From: an uncultured Planctomycetota bacterium
Lineage (GTDB): Bacteria; Planctomycetota; Planctomycetia; Isosphaerales; Isosphaeraceae
Reading direction: 5' to 3'
Assembly (NCBI GenBank): GCA_963823665.1
Contig: CAWGMQ010000008.1
Span: 800,001-864,000, forward strand
DNA length: 64,000 nt
Shown piece by piece: positions 46,382 through 57,728 of this stretch (positions are counted from its first letter, which is position 1; each line of letters begins with the position of its first letter). The position numbers were made by a program, and so were the translations under genes. The notes below the pieces were generated by a model. The model ran no database searches. It was not told where the DNA came from and worked only from the letters and a program-made list of their open reading frames with translations.

Positions 46382-48658
46382 GTGTTGTTACGATCTGCGA
46401 AGCGTCGGTTAGCCGGTCTCTCATCCGGCGCATTGATGATCGCCTTGGGGGTCGTTTCCGCGTCGGCGCAGCCCCGGCAAGGAGCCATCGAGCAGCCCGC
46501 GCAACGGGTCGAGAGGCAACGCGTCGCCCCGCGCGTCCAAGCGAAGATCGAGTATGCTCGGAAGAGCAAGGCGGTGTTCCGGGACCCCGAGGAATCGGCC
46601 TTCAAGAGCGTCAATGACCTCCGCCTCACGACCGGCACATTCCCGAGCCCGCATGGCCCGGATGTGAACGCCCCGGCGAGTTTCCAGCTTCTCAGCTACA
46701 ACGGGCAACCCGTCGGGCCCACCATCCGGGTCCGCCGCGGGACGACGTTTCATATCCGAGTGAAGAACGACGTGCTCAATGGGGTGGCCGACCCTCACGA
46801 TAACGATCATCCACCCGTCACGAATGATCCGAACGAGAAGCCCTACGGCCTGTGCACCACCAATCTCCATACGCACGGGCTGCATGTCAGTCCCGCGAAC
46901 AATGCGGACAACATCCTCGACGTGACTATCCTGCCGAACGATCAATTTAACTTTGAATACACCATCGGAGCGGACCATCCGTCAGGCACGTTTTGGTATC
47001 ATCCGCACAAACACGGGTCGGTCGCCTATCAGTTATCGAATGGATTGGCCGGCGCGCTGATCGTCGAGGGATCGCGTACCGACGATATCGCCGACCTGGA
47101 AGACATCCCCGAGATCGCCGCGGCGCGGGAGCATATCCTGCTATTCCAGCTTTATAATTATCGCTCAGGAACGGACGATCAGAATAATCCCGTCGCGAGA
47201 ATTGATGCGTCCACGATCTACAATATTCAGCCCGACGTGAAAACCTGCAAGGCGATCACTCTTAACGGACCGGATCCTCAAAACGGCGCGACGCCCCAGG
47301 CGACGGCGATCAACGGCGTGATCAATCCGAACATCATGATCGCGCCTGGCGAAGTCCAGCGATGGCGGCTTATCCACGCGGCCTGGGATGTGGACCGCCA
47401 TCTGACCTTCGTCACCGATAACGACGAAGCAACCGACGACATCAAGTTCTATGAGATCGCGCTCGACGGCCTGGCCACCGGGTCGATGGCTGAGAAATCC
47501 GACGTGGAGCTAGCCCCGGGGCAGCGGAGCGACGTGTTAATCAAAGCACCGGCCCTCCGACCGGGCGAGCCGGAGCGTATCTATCACCTCAAGCAGACGG
47601 ATGTGCCGGGGGCCGCCGCACCTCATCACCGGCACCAGGATCCGCTCTACCTTGCGAAGATCGTCGTCCGTGGGGAGCACCGAGCGATGAGGCTTCCCGA
47701 CCCGCAGACCCTGGTCAAGTGCCAACCGTTTGCGAGCATCCGGAACGACGAGCTGTCGGCGACCAAGCGGACCTTCCAGTTCTATGGCAGCGACAACGAC
47801 CAAACATACACGATCAACGATAAAACATTCGTTCATCAAGACTCGATTCAGCTCCCGCTCGATACTGCCGAGGAGTGGAAGATCTCTGCCGTCATGAAGA
47901 ATCAGGACTCCAGCGGCCACCCTTTCCATATCCACGTCAACCCCTTCCAGGTGGTGATGAAGGAGATGAACGGAGTCTGCACCCCGCTGAATCAATGGAG
48001 AGATACGCTCTTCGTGCAGCCCGGCGAGACCTATACAATCCGAAGCCGGTTCAAAGACTTCCTGGGTAAGTCGGTCTTCCATTGTCATATCCTCGACCAT
48101 GAGGACCAGGGTATGATGATGCCGATCGAGTTCGTCGCTTCCAATCCGCCCGGACAGGTTCCGGCGGTCCCCAAGAAGGCGGCACTCAAAGGGTCTTCGA
48201 CACCCGCGCCGGCGCTGGTGCTTCCGGACACCAAGGGTCGGGTGCTCGACTTGGCTCGGCTCCGTCACAACGACGTGATACTTGTGTTCTTCCAGGGCGT
48301 GGAGTGCTTCCACTGCGCACGGGAACTTCGAGAACTGGTCGGCCGCGCCAGGGGAGCCATCGATCCTGACGCCGTTATCGTGGCGGTCAGCAGCCGTCGG
48401 ATTCGCGACGCGGATCAGGCATTCAGAGCCCTCGGGCTCTCAACCTCTGACAACTTCCACTTATTGGTCGATGATGGCCACCGAGCGTTTCGCGACTTCG
48501 GCGTTTACGATACGGGCCCTCGGCACGGTCTCTTCCTGATTGGCCGCGATGGTGTGATCAGGGCGAGCTACGTCGGTGACACACCGTTCGATGATTCCAG
48601 AATCGTCGTCGAACGAGTCCGCCAGCTCAGTAGCTTGAAGCGGATGGTCCCCCGCTGA
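46382..48658 (+). CDS. Multicopper oxidase fused to a C-terminal AhpC/TSA-type redoxin domain
   Basis: Copper motifs HTHG, WYHPH, HPFHIH, HCHILDHEDQGMM; C-terminal 'APALVLPDTKG...FFQGVECFHC...GLFLIGRDGVIR'. Confidence 0.92.
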   Translation: MLLRSAKRRLAGLSSGALMIALGVVSASAQPRQGAIEQPAQRVERQRVAPRVQAKIEYARKSKAVFRDPEESAFKSVNDLRLTTGTFPSPHGPDVNAPASFQLLSYNGQPVGPTIRVRRGTTFHIRVKNDVLNGVADPHDNDHPPVTNDPNEKPYGLCTTNLHTHGLHVSPANNADNILDVTILPNDQFNFEYTIGADHPSGTFWYHPHKHGSVAYQLSNGLAGALIVEGSRTDDIADLEDIPEIAAAREHILLFQLYNYRSGTDDQNNPVARIDASTIYNIQPDVKTCKAITLNGPDPQNGATPQATAINGVINPNIMIAPGEVQRWRLIHAAWDVDRHLTFVTDNDEATDDIKFYEIALDGLATGSMAEKSDVELAPGQRSDVLIKAPALRPGEPERIYHLKQTDVPGAAAPHHRHQDPLYLAKIVVRGEHRAMRLPDPQTLVKCQPFASIRNDELSATKRTFQFYGSDNDQTYTINDKTFVHQDSIQLPLDTAEEWKISAVMKNQDSSGHPFHIHVNPFQVVMKEMNGVCTPLNQWRDTLFVQPGETYTIRSRFKDFLGKSVFHCHILDHEDQGMMMPIEFVASNPPGQVPAVPKKAALKGSSTPAPALVLPDTKGRVLDLARLRHNDVILVFFQGVECFHCARELRELVGRARGAIDPDAVIVAVSSRRIRDADQAFRALGLSTSDNFHLLVDDGHRAFRDFGVYDTGPRHGLFLIGRDGVIRASYVGDTPFDDSRIVVERVRQLSSLKRMVPR

Positions 48659-48691
48659 AGTGGTGCCCCGGATAACCTCCCAGGAAGCCAT

Positions 48692-49664
48692 TCAGCCCAA
48701 ACGTATCCCGCCTTCTGGCTTGAGGGACCGGGCCGTTCCTCGACAGGCGACGCCGGGCCGGGCCTGCCGAATTGAGCGAAGCGTCCAATCCATGCTTGCT
48801 TCGCCTGTAATCCAGGGTATCAGCGTCAGAACTCGGGCAGCGGTATTGAAATGGACGTGCTCTGCGAGAAACAGCGGCAACGCACGGCTCAAACGACCGG
48901 GAGCATCGGCCAATTGGCGTATTATTGCTTGTGAGTTGATCTGCATCAGCACATCGGCTGGAGTATCTTCTCCGAGTCGGGACAAGCTCTCTTCGTAGTA
49001 AGGGATTGCCTGTTCCAGGTTTCTTGACTCGAGTGCAGCCCGCGCCAGCCAAAGTTGCGCGCCAGCTCAGGGGTAGAGCCGCAATCCTGCGCAGTGCTTC
49101 GTGTCCAGCCTCTTCCCCACTTCGCTGATGGTGGTTTCCTTGATACCAGACCAATCCATTTTCTTGGTTCGGGTCAATTGCAAGTGCGTGCCAGAGAGTT
49201 TCCTCTGCCTTCGAATGGTTGTTGCGTTTGGCATACACCTTGGCGAGGTTGGTCAAAACGTATCCGTCGTCGCCATGTCGAGCACCAAAGTCAAGAAACA
49301 CGCTCTCTGCTTCGTCGAGTCGATTTTCTTCGGTAAGAATGATCCCCCAAAGACAGGTGCTCCGAACACGCTCTGGATCAATTCTGTAGAGTTGCGAAGC
49401 GGCAGCGATCACGTCGGAACGGAAGCCATCGTTCAATGCGCCGACGATCACGTGATAGAGCTCAGTGGGTTTGTCCCGGTTTGATTTGATGGCGCCTGGA
49501 AGGATGTCGGTCCGCCATTGCTTTTTCGTGATCAAAAGCTCTTGTCCGTACTGATCATACACGCGAATCAGATCCGGCTCTCCGGGCGGGTCTGCCTGCC
49601 TCTCGGCGCGAATATCAGATCCGGCAGTATTCTTTTGGCCAAACAAGTTTTTGAGGAATTTCAT
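48692..49664 (-). pseudogene. TPR-containing protein, frameshifted near 49055 and apparently shortened
   Basis: 'MKFLKNLFG...LTNLAKVY...LWHALAIDPNQ' continues as 'LWLARAALES...' into ORF 48692-48985. Lower GC; abrupt end. Confidence 0.55.
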
Positions 49665-49728
49665 TGACCGGTCTCCCGGTGCCGTTAGTACCACTCGAAG
49701 CCTCAGCGATCCCGGTTCAATCGCCGCG

Positions 49729-52059
49729 TCACTTCTTCGGCGCGGCCGGCGGCCGCCACGTCTCGGCGTCTGCGAATCCGACGGTCTTGACCGTCACCGC
49801 GATCGTCTTGGTCCCCGCGGTGAGGAAGGGCGCATTGACCTGGAATGCGGACTTCGCCCCCCTGGCCACCAGGATCGGCTTGGCTTCTCCAGGACCGCTG
49901 CCGAAAGAAGGCCCCGTCCCCGATTGGTTCACGTTGTCCCAGCCGCCCAGCCGCTTGCCGTCCGGGGCGAGGTAGTCGAATTTCATCGCGAGCGTGCGGA
50001 TGTCCTTGCTGGAATGATTCGTCACGCGCAGCTCGGCGGTCTGAAACGGGGCCTTGCCGCCGATCGAGACGAACTCGATCGCGACGGGTGAATCGTGCCC
50101 GGGGAAGCTGGCCGGCTCGATCCGCTCGGGCATCGAACCGTGCGACGGGAGCGGGATGTCTGCCAGCATGAATTCATACTCAAGTGTATTCACCTCTCTG
50201 ACCACTTTGGCAATGAGCGACGTCGCAGGGCCCTGGATATTGACCTGGGATGTCCAGTCCGAGGCGCCGCGTTGAAAAGTGTTGGCTGCCGTCTTGAGGG
50301 GCTGCCCCTGGGCGTCATGCCCCACGAGCTTCACGCGATCCGGCCCGAATGCGGTGGAGACGGGGGTGGGTCGCTCCTGCTTGCCCTGCTCGCCCTGCTT
50401 CGTGCGATCCGGAGTCGTGCGATGGAACTCGATCGATAGGTTCTGACTCTCCCCCTTCACGCCGTTGAACATTGACTGACCCTTGGTGGCGGTGCGAAGG
50501 GTGAATTCCAGGTCGCCGAGTTTCCGGGTCTCGCCGGCGACCAAGGTATCGAAGCGGATCGTCTCGACCCGAGCCGGGAGGGGAACGCGCAGCTTACATC
50601 GCAACGCCTTGATCGCCGCGACGTCGCGCAGCAGGCCCTTCAGCGCCAATCGGGTGGTCCTCTCATATCCCCCCGGGATCGTTGTCGACATGAACGCCCC
50701 AGAGCCCGCGGCCTCGGCGTCGACCAGACTGTGGCCCTTGGCGTCGACGACCTCCGTCACACTGAAAGCGTCCCGAGTTCCACGCTCGAGCTCGTTCAAT
50801 ACAATCGGAGAGAGGCCCGAGGCGGTGACCTTCAAAGTGAGGATCCCCGTGGCGTACGGGACGGCTTCCTTGACATCGACCACCTCGACCAGGAACGGCC
50901 CGGCGAAGGCGAGCAACTCCCCTCCGCGGCGAGGCCTCAACCGCATCGTGGCCTGGACCGAATTCGCCCCCGTCGAGAAGTCGAACGAGCTCACCGGCTC
51001 CGGGTAGACCGGAGACAAGCCGGCAGCGCGCGTGACCGCGTCGATGGCCTGATAACGCGAGAGTCCCCGCACTTCGGTGGCAACGGGCCTGGCAAGTGCG
51101 CGGTCCTGGATCGGAGTCGTCTCGAGCGCCCGGCCGATCGCCTTGGCGAGATCGATCAGCAGCTCGCCTGCCGGACGCCCCTTGGAGCTCGAGTCCACCT
51201 TCCAGGAGGCATCGAACTGGTCCCGGCTTATCGAATCGAGCGCTTCAACAGCCAGATCGCCGCGCTCGGGCTTCCCTTCAACCATGCTCTTATTCGCGCG
51301 GTCGAAGCTATCCTTGAAGTTCTTCTCCATCGTCTTCGCCATGTCCCCGGGCTTGCCGCCGAAGATCTCCCCGAACATCGCCTCCGGTTCCTCGAAATTC
51401 ATGACGATTTCCGAAGCCGGATCGTCTGGGATGATGCGGCCCGACTGGGCGAAGATCCCCCATTTGCCGCCCTCCCGGCGCAGCTTGAGCCCCCCTTTTT
51501 GCTCCGTGCCGGCCTCGCGGAAGGTGACAGGAATCTGGGCGGTATCGCCAGTGATGACGGGCTCGCCCAGTTGATAAGTCGCGCCAAGCAACAATCCCTC
51601 ACTGCGATTGGACGCCGAGAGCTCGGCGAACTTTGTCTTGGCTTTCGCGGTCAGGAAGGACTGGGACCTCTCCCGGTCATGCTCCTTTTGCGCTTTGAGG
51701 AACCCCCTGACCACCGCCTCGATGGCGTCCCGGTCATTCGACGACGGAGCAGGTGCGGAGGAGCGCTTGACCTCGGCTTCAACGGGTTTCGCTTCGCTTG
51801 AAGGCGACGCGGCTGCAGGACTCTTGACCACAGCCTGAGCGGGTTTCCCTTCGTTCGGCGACGGTCCAGGCGCGGATCCCTGGCAGCCGGCCACGGCGCC
51901 AACAAGCAAGGTGACCAGCGTGCCGGCAACAGGGACACAGGCGCGGGCCCAGACACCTCGGGCCTCACTCGCCCTCGAAGCTGCGGGCGCTTCTCGACCC
52001 GCCAACCGTGGTGTATGAACGCGGATCGCCAGCTTCGACTTCTGATCGGTGATTGTCAT
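49729..52059 (-). CDS. Large putative lipoprotein of unknown function
   Basis: Long clean ORF; hydrophobic stretch ending in the lipobox-like 'AVAG-C'; starts just after the stop of kinase unit 2. Confidence 0.8.
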   Translation of the reverse strand: MTITDQKSKLAIRVHTPRLAGREAPAASRASEARGVWARACVPVAGTLVTLLVGAVAGCQGSAPGPSPNEGKPAQAVVKSPAAASPSSEAKPVEAEVKRSSAPAPSSNDRDAIEAVVRGFLKAQKEHDRERSQSFLTAKAKTKFAELSASNRSEGLLLGATYQLGEPVITGDTAQIPVTFREAGTEQKGGLKLRREGGKWGIFAQSGRIIPDDPASEIVMNFEEPEAMFGEIFGGKPGDMAKTMEKNFKDSFDRANKSMVEGKPERGDLAVEALDSISRDQFDASWKVDSSSKGRPAGELLIDLAKAIGRALETTPIQDRALARPVATEVRGLSRYQAIDAVTRAAGLSPVYPEPVSSFDFSTGANSVQATMRLRPRRGGELLAFAGPFLVEVVDVKEAVPYATGILTLKVTASGLSPIVLNELERGTRDAFSVTEVVDAKGHSLVDAEAAGSGAFMSTTIPGGYERTTRLALKGLLRDVAAIKALRCKLRVPLPARVETIRFDTLVAGETRKLGDLEFTLRTATKGQSMFNGVKGESQNLSIEFHRTTPDRTKQGEQGKQERPTPVSTAFGPDRVKLVGHDAQGQPLKTAANTFQRGASDWTSQVNIQGPATSLIAKVVREVNTLEYEFMLADIPLPSHGSMPERIEPASFPGHDSPVAIEFVSIGGKAPFQTAELRVTNHSSKDIRTLAMKFDYLAPDGKRLGGWDNVNQSGTGPSFGSGPGEAKPILVARGAKSAFQVNAPFLTAGTKTIAVTVKTVGFADAETWRPPAAPKK

Positions 52060-52080
52060 GAGATCGCTCCCCAAATTGGG

Positions 52081-55000
52081 TCAATTGTTGTCTACGAAAC
52101 CAAAATCAAAGCTCGCAGGTTCGCCCGCTCGGGCACCGAGCCCGGGGTCGAGTGTCGACCAGATCGTCACGCCACCATCGGCGCCGGCGCCGGCGATCTG
52201 TCTGCCGTCGGGGCTGGCGGCGACGGCGGCGAGGCCGGTGTCGGCGCGGATGGCACAGGCCTCTAACCCGGTGGCCGGGCTCCACAAGTTCAAGGCACCG
52301 TCTGACCCGACAGCCAGCAACCGGGAGCCACCAGGGTAGAACGCCAGGCCCGAGATGGCACCAGAATCCCCCCGCAGGACCTGGAGCGCCCTGCCGGTCG
52401 CCGCGTCCCACAGCCGAACGGTTTTGTCCAGGCTGCCTGAGGCGAGGAGTTTGCCGTCGGGGCTAAAGGCGACGATGGCGGCCTCGCGAGCGTGCCCCTT
52501 GAGAATCAAAAGCTCCCGGCCGTCGGCCAGGTCCCATATTCGGACGGTATGGTCCGAGCCAGCGGACGCCAGTCGGTGTCCGTCGGGACTGAACGCCAAC
52601 CCGGCGACCGGACCGGCCTGCCCGGGCAACGATCGCAGCTCCCGGCCGTCGGCGACCTGCCAGACCTTGATCTCGCCGGGCCCGTTGGGCCCGCCGCCGG
52701 CCGTGGCCACGCGGTCCCCGCTGGGGCTGTAGGTGACGGTCAGGACCGGGCCGGCATGCCCGCGCAAGGTCCGGACTTCTTCGCCGGTTGCCACGTCCCA
52801 GATCCGCGCTGTTCCATCGCGACCGGCTGAAACCAGGAACTGGATGTCGGGGCCGAACGAAACGCCGGTGGCCGCACCGGAATGCCCCTTCAATGCAAAA
52901 ACCTCGCGACCGCCTGGGCCGAGGTCCTTGTCGTCGGTCGCCACGTCCCAGACCCGCACCACGCCGTCGGCGCCGCAAGAGGCAAGGCGCTGGCTGTCGG
53001 GACTGTAGGCGACACCGGTTGCCGGCCCCGTGTGGCCCCGCAGCGTCTGGACATCCGAGCGGGAGACCGAGGTGCCAGCAGATCACCTCCCCCGGCCGCC
53101 CGGGCTCTCCGAAGGCGACGATCAGCCGACGGCCGTCGAGCGGGAATGCAAGTGCGGAGGCAGGGTCGCCGCCACCGCGAAGGATGAATTGCGGCTGGCC
53201 ACTGTCGGTGTCCCAGAACTGGACCACGCCCTCGGTTCCCGCCGCGGCGAGCGTCCGTCCGTCAGGCGAGATCGCCATCCCCGCGATGCCCCCGGTATGT
53301 CCCCGGATGACGAACCGCTGCTTGCGGGCCTCCATGTCCCACAGCTTGACCTCGCCGGCTCCGCCGGGCGGCATCGTCGCAGCCGCGAGGGTCTTGCCGT
53401 CGGGTGAGGCCGCCAGCGCGACGACAGCGCCTGAGTGCCCTTCGAGCGTGAACCGGCACGCCCCGGTTGTGGTGTCCCGCACCTTGATCGTGCGGTCGTC
53501 GCCAGCCGAGGCGAGCAACCGGCCGTCCAAGCTGAAGACCACGGTGCGTACGGCCCCGACGTGGTCGCGCACGGTGGCGACTTCCCTGCCGCTGGCGGCA
53601 TCCCACAGCCGGACCGTACCATCGGCCCCGGCGGAAGCGAGCCGCCCATCGAGGCCGAAGGCGACCGCCAGCACCGCCCCGGTGTGCCCAGCGCAGGTGA
53701 AGACGACCTGGGCGGACACCTTCTCACCCGGGTTGGGGACTTGCTCGTCGGGGACGGCCTGCCAGATCTTGACGGTCTGGTCTTCGCTCGCTGACGCGAA
53801 CGATCGACCGTCGGGGGCGAACGCCAGCGCAGTGACGCGGCCGGAGTGGCCCTGAAGAGTGGGCCATTGGTCGGCGGCGAACGAATCCGCCCTGAGCTGG
53901 ATGGAGCCGTCGCGGCCCCCCAGGACGAGGCGCTTGCCTGCGGGGCTGACAGCGATGGCGGCGATCTGGTCCTGCGTCGTCAGGCGCGAGTGGTCACGAT
54001 GGGCACGGTGCTTCAGGTAGGCCCACTCCCAGCCTCGCAGGCCCTGGGGACAGCGATCGAGCAGCTCGTCGGCGCGGCTCAGCTCGTTGGCGGCCAGCTC
54101 GCGCTGGGTCGAGGCGAGCGTCTGGAAATACAGGTAGTTCTCGACCTTGGCCAGCGCCTCGGCCGTCTGGAGCTTCTGGTCCTCCTCCGCCCGCTTGGCG
54201 CGCTCCGTTTCCCGCAGCGCATCGGTCAACCTGGCGTTGAATTGCTCCAGCTTTGTGCGGTAGGACTGGCCGACAGCGAAGGCGACGAGCGACACGACGG
54301 CTAAAGCGCCGACCAGAATAAGGGCGGCAATCGCCGGTCGCCGACGCGCCCACTTTATCGAGCGCTCCCAGGGGGAAACGGGCCTGGCGAGGATCGGCTC
54401 GCCGGCCAGGAATCGGTGCAGGTCAACCGCGAGGGCCGCGGCTGTGGCGTACCGCTTGGCTGAATCTTTCTGCAGGCACTTGAGGCAAATTGTCTCGAGA
54501 TCGCGCGGAATCGACGCATTGAGCCGCCGCGGCGAAACCGGCTCGTCGCTGATAACCTGGATGACGGTGTCCATCGCCGTCGACGCCTGGAACGGCGGCC
54601 GGCCGGTGACCAGGGCATAGAGGGTCGCCCCCAGCGCATACACGTCGGCCGCGGGTCCGACGTCGCCTCGCTTGCCCCCAGCCTGTTCCGGCGGCATATA
54701 ACTTGGCGTGCCCATGATCTGGCCCGAGCCCGTGAGCCCGCTATCGCCCTGCACCTTCTTGGCCAGGCCGAAGTCCGTGACACGCGGATTGCCGTTCTGG
54801 TCGAGCAGGATGTTGGCCGGCTTCAAGTCACGGTGAATCACGCCGCGCTGGTGGGCGTACTCGATGGCCTCGCTGACCCGACGGATCAGCTCCGCCGCCT
54901 CTCGAGAAGGCAGCGGTCCCTCGGCCAGGCGCTGGGAGAGGCTCTGCCCCTCGACGAAACCCATGGAGAAATAATGCTGGCCCTCGTGCTGGCCGACCTC

Positions 55001-55348
55001 GTAGATCGGGACGATCCCAGGATGATCCAGGTTCGCCGCCGCCTCCGCCTCGGTGTGGAATCGCTTGACGTCGTTGTCGTCGGCAAACTGGCCCGCCAGG
55101 ATCATCTTGAGCGCGACCGTGCGGTTGAGGCTCACCTGACGCCCGCGGAACACGACGCCCATGCCGCCGCGGGCGATCTCGCGGGTGATTTCGTAGTCGC
55201 CGAAGTAGCGGATGCGGGTGAGCTCGCGTGCGACGGGTGTGGCCGATGGATGTTGCCGGAGCACCGAGGCGGTGGGCTCGTCGTGGGCAGTGCGACGGCC
55301 GAGGTCGACGTTCAACTCGCCGAGGTTCTCACTGGGGCGGTCGCTCAT
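52081..55348 (-). CDS. Ser/Thr kinase with TM helix and WD40 repeats (kinase unit 2; frameshift near 53070)
   Basis: All Hanks motifs intact; WD40 repeats continue in ORF 52081-52962. Confidence 0.93.
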
Positions 55349-55439
55349 CTTGATTCGGTCCTTGGATCGGGGCCCATCGTCTGCTCTCGGCCTGAACCGG
55401 TCTGGCGACGCCACGTGACATAGACTCACTTCGAACTAC

Positions 55440-55474
55440 ATGTCCGATTGCCGTGCGATTGTGACATGGCGTTC
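55440..55474 (-). promoter_or_regulatory. Conserved kinase upstream motif, copy 2
   Basis: atgtccgattgccgtgcgattgtgacatggcgtt; tgtgaca at 55460-66, 112 nt from ATG 55348. Confidence 0.6.
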
Positions 55475-55541
55475 AAGATCAAACAGAATAGTGGGGACAC
55501 GAACCTCTGGCGAAACGATTTCGGCACAAACGGCCTTTCGG

Positions 55542-57368
55542 CTAGCGTCGCGAGAATCGCCAGCCCGGGACGAACAATCCGATGCCGAATACCACACCGA
55601 AGATCGCTGGGCCGACGCTCGGCTCGACGGCCAGTACCAATGCAAGCACCGCGCACGCCGCAGCCAGAACGTAGAATGAACCCCCCAGGATCGTGGCCAT
55701 GCACCCGGCCGCCAATCCGCACTGAAGTACCACGAGCGGCAGCAGCCGGGTTACCTCCAGACCAATCAGAACCACGATCGCTCCGGTGAGAACACAACTG
55801 GCGGCGAACATGCCCCAGACCTGTCCGAGCTGGCGCTCGATCGGTGTCAGGGCGGGTCCGTCACGGAAGCGGTAGTACCAGGCGGGGACCATCAGGGAGA
55901 GGAGTCCGATTGCCCACAATGCGACAAAAGGTGCGGCCTGGCGGGTGCCGGCCCAGATCAAGACATTGGAAGCCAGAAAGAGCACGAAGACCTGAACGGC
56001 GTGCCACATCCAGACCCGGCCCCAGAGAGCCATCACTTCGGTGTGGCGCGTGTCGCGCAGCAGCATTCGCATCAGACGGCCGGTTGAGCTGACTTCCGCC
56101 AGAACCGGTTCGCCGCTGAGATAGGCGTCCAGGTCTTCGGCGAGAGCATCCGCCGTGTTGTACCGGCGCTGCGGGTCCTTTTCGAGGCACTTCAGACAGA
56201 TCGACTCGAGATCCCGGTCGATACCGGGTTTGAACGAGCGCGGCCGCTCTGGATCCCGTTCGACGACTTGCAGCAAGATATCGATCACGCTATCGCCGCG
56301 GAACGGCGGCCGGCCCGTGATCAGCTCGTACAGAATCGCGCCCAGCGCGTAAATGTCAGCCGCGGTTGTCAGGTTTTTGTTCTGCCCGGCAGCCTGCTCC
56401 GGCGCCATGTAACTGGGTGTGCCCATGATGGCTCCTGATTGGGTCAGTTTGCAGTCGGCCTCAATTCGCTTGGCCAGGCCGAAGTCACCGACGTGTGGCT
56501 GGCCGCTGCGATCGAGCAGGATGTTGGCCGGTTTGAGATCGCGGTGAAGGATGCCGTGCTGATGAGCGAAGTGCACGGCGCGTGCCACCATGCTCAGCAG
56601 ACGGGCCGCCGCCTGCGGGTCCTCGACGTAGCGGGGAATCGCATCGGCCAGGCTGCCGCCGTCGATGAGACGCATGCTGAAATAATGCTGTCCGTCATGT
56701 TCTCCAATTTCGTAAATCGGTACGATGTGCGCGTGGTCGAGGAGGGCCGCTGACTCGGCTTCAACGTGGAACCGCCTGAGGTCCGTGTCGGTGGCGAGCC
56801 GATCACTCGGGATCATCTTGAGCGCAACAAATCGATTGAGGCTGATCTGTCGGGCGAAGAACACCACACCCATGCCGCCGCGGGCGATCTCGCGGATGAT
56901 CTCGTAGTCGCCGAAGCGGCGGATGTGGGTGGGATCGGACGCGCCGGCTGTGGGCGATGGATCTTGACCAAGCGCACCGGTGGTGGGCTGATCGTGAGGG
57001 GATCGCTGCGCGTTGCCGGGTGGTAACGTAGCCCCCTCGAGAACCGACGAGCGCGCTGGTCCAGGGGCGATGGTCAGCGCCTCGGCGATCGTGGAGGGAT
57101 CGGGTGCCGGCCGGGGCTCGGGCTCCGTGGGAGGGCCAGCCTCGCGATTCGCGACTGTCTGCTCCGAAGGGTGCAGCTCGCGATCCAGGGCTTCCAACTC
57201 GGCCCGCAGTGCAGGTCGGCCCTCGTCAGGCACGTCGACCAGATAGTCGTGGATACGCGGTTGACGTCCTTCGCGGACGTCGGCCTCGAACCGCCGGCAG
57301 ACCTGATCAATGTGCCGGGCCAGATCGATTTCCATGTCATCGATGTGATCGCTGGGGCGGTCGGTCAT
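55542..57368 (-). CDS. Ser/Thr kinase with C-terminal multi-pass membrane domain (kinase unit 3)
   Basis: Hanks motifs [14 protein letters not shown] and [10 protein letters not shown]; about 6 TM helices at the C-terminus. Confidence 0.95.
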   Translation of the reverse strand: MTDRPSDHIDDMEIDLARHIDQVCRRFEADVREGRQPRIHDYLVDVPDEGRPALRAELEALDRELHPSEQTVANREAGPPTEPEPRPAPDPSTIAEALTIAPGPARSSVLEGATLPPGNAQRSPHDQPTTGALGQDPSPTAGASDPTHIRRFGDYEIIREIARGGMGVVFFARQISLNRFVALKMIPSDRLATDTDLRRFHVEAESAALLDHAHIVPIYEIGEHDGQHYFSMRLIDGGSLADAIPRYVEDPQAAARLLSMVARAVHFAHQHGILHRDLKPANILLDRSGQPHVGDFGLAKRIEADCKLTQSGAIMGTPSYMAPEQAAGQNKNLTTAADIYALGAILYELITGRPPFRGDSVIDILLQVVERDPERPRSFKPGIDRDLESICLKCLEKDPQRRYNTADALAEDLDAYLSGEPVLAEVSSTGRLMRMLLRDTRHTEVMALWGRVWMWHAVQVFVLFLASNVLIWAGTRQAAPFVALWAIGLLSLMVPAWYYRFRDGPALTPIERQLGQVWGMFAASCVLTGAIVVLIGLEVTRLLPLVVLQCGLAAGCMATILGGSFYVLAAACAVLALVLAVEPSVGPAIFGVVFGIGLFVPGWRFSRR

Positions 57369-57728
57369 CTTGACGGGTCCAGGGCCTTCGGTCATTCACG
57401 TCCAGGATCAACACTAGCGGATTTGACCCTACGATGGTATTGGCCGGATTGCCGCGAGAAGACGTTCAAACGCTTTGTTCGACTACTCAGATCGTTCGCA
57501 ATCACCGATCTTCACCCGGGTCATAACAACGCGAGCAGGATGACCGATGGGTCGAGTGTGTCACCTTGGAAATCGCAATCGACATCGCGGTGAGCCTCAT
57601 CTCACGCTCCGGCACACCCTGGACTGTCGCGGTGGTTTCTGCTATAGACGCGCCATTCTTCCAGCCCGCGTCACGGTCCAGGGACCTTTTTGGGCAACCG
57701 GCTTTACCTCGAAAGAGGAGCAATCACC

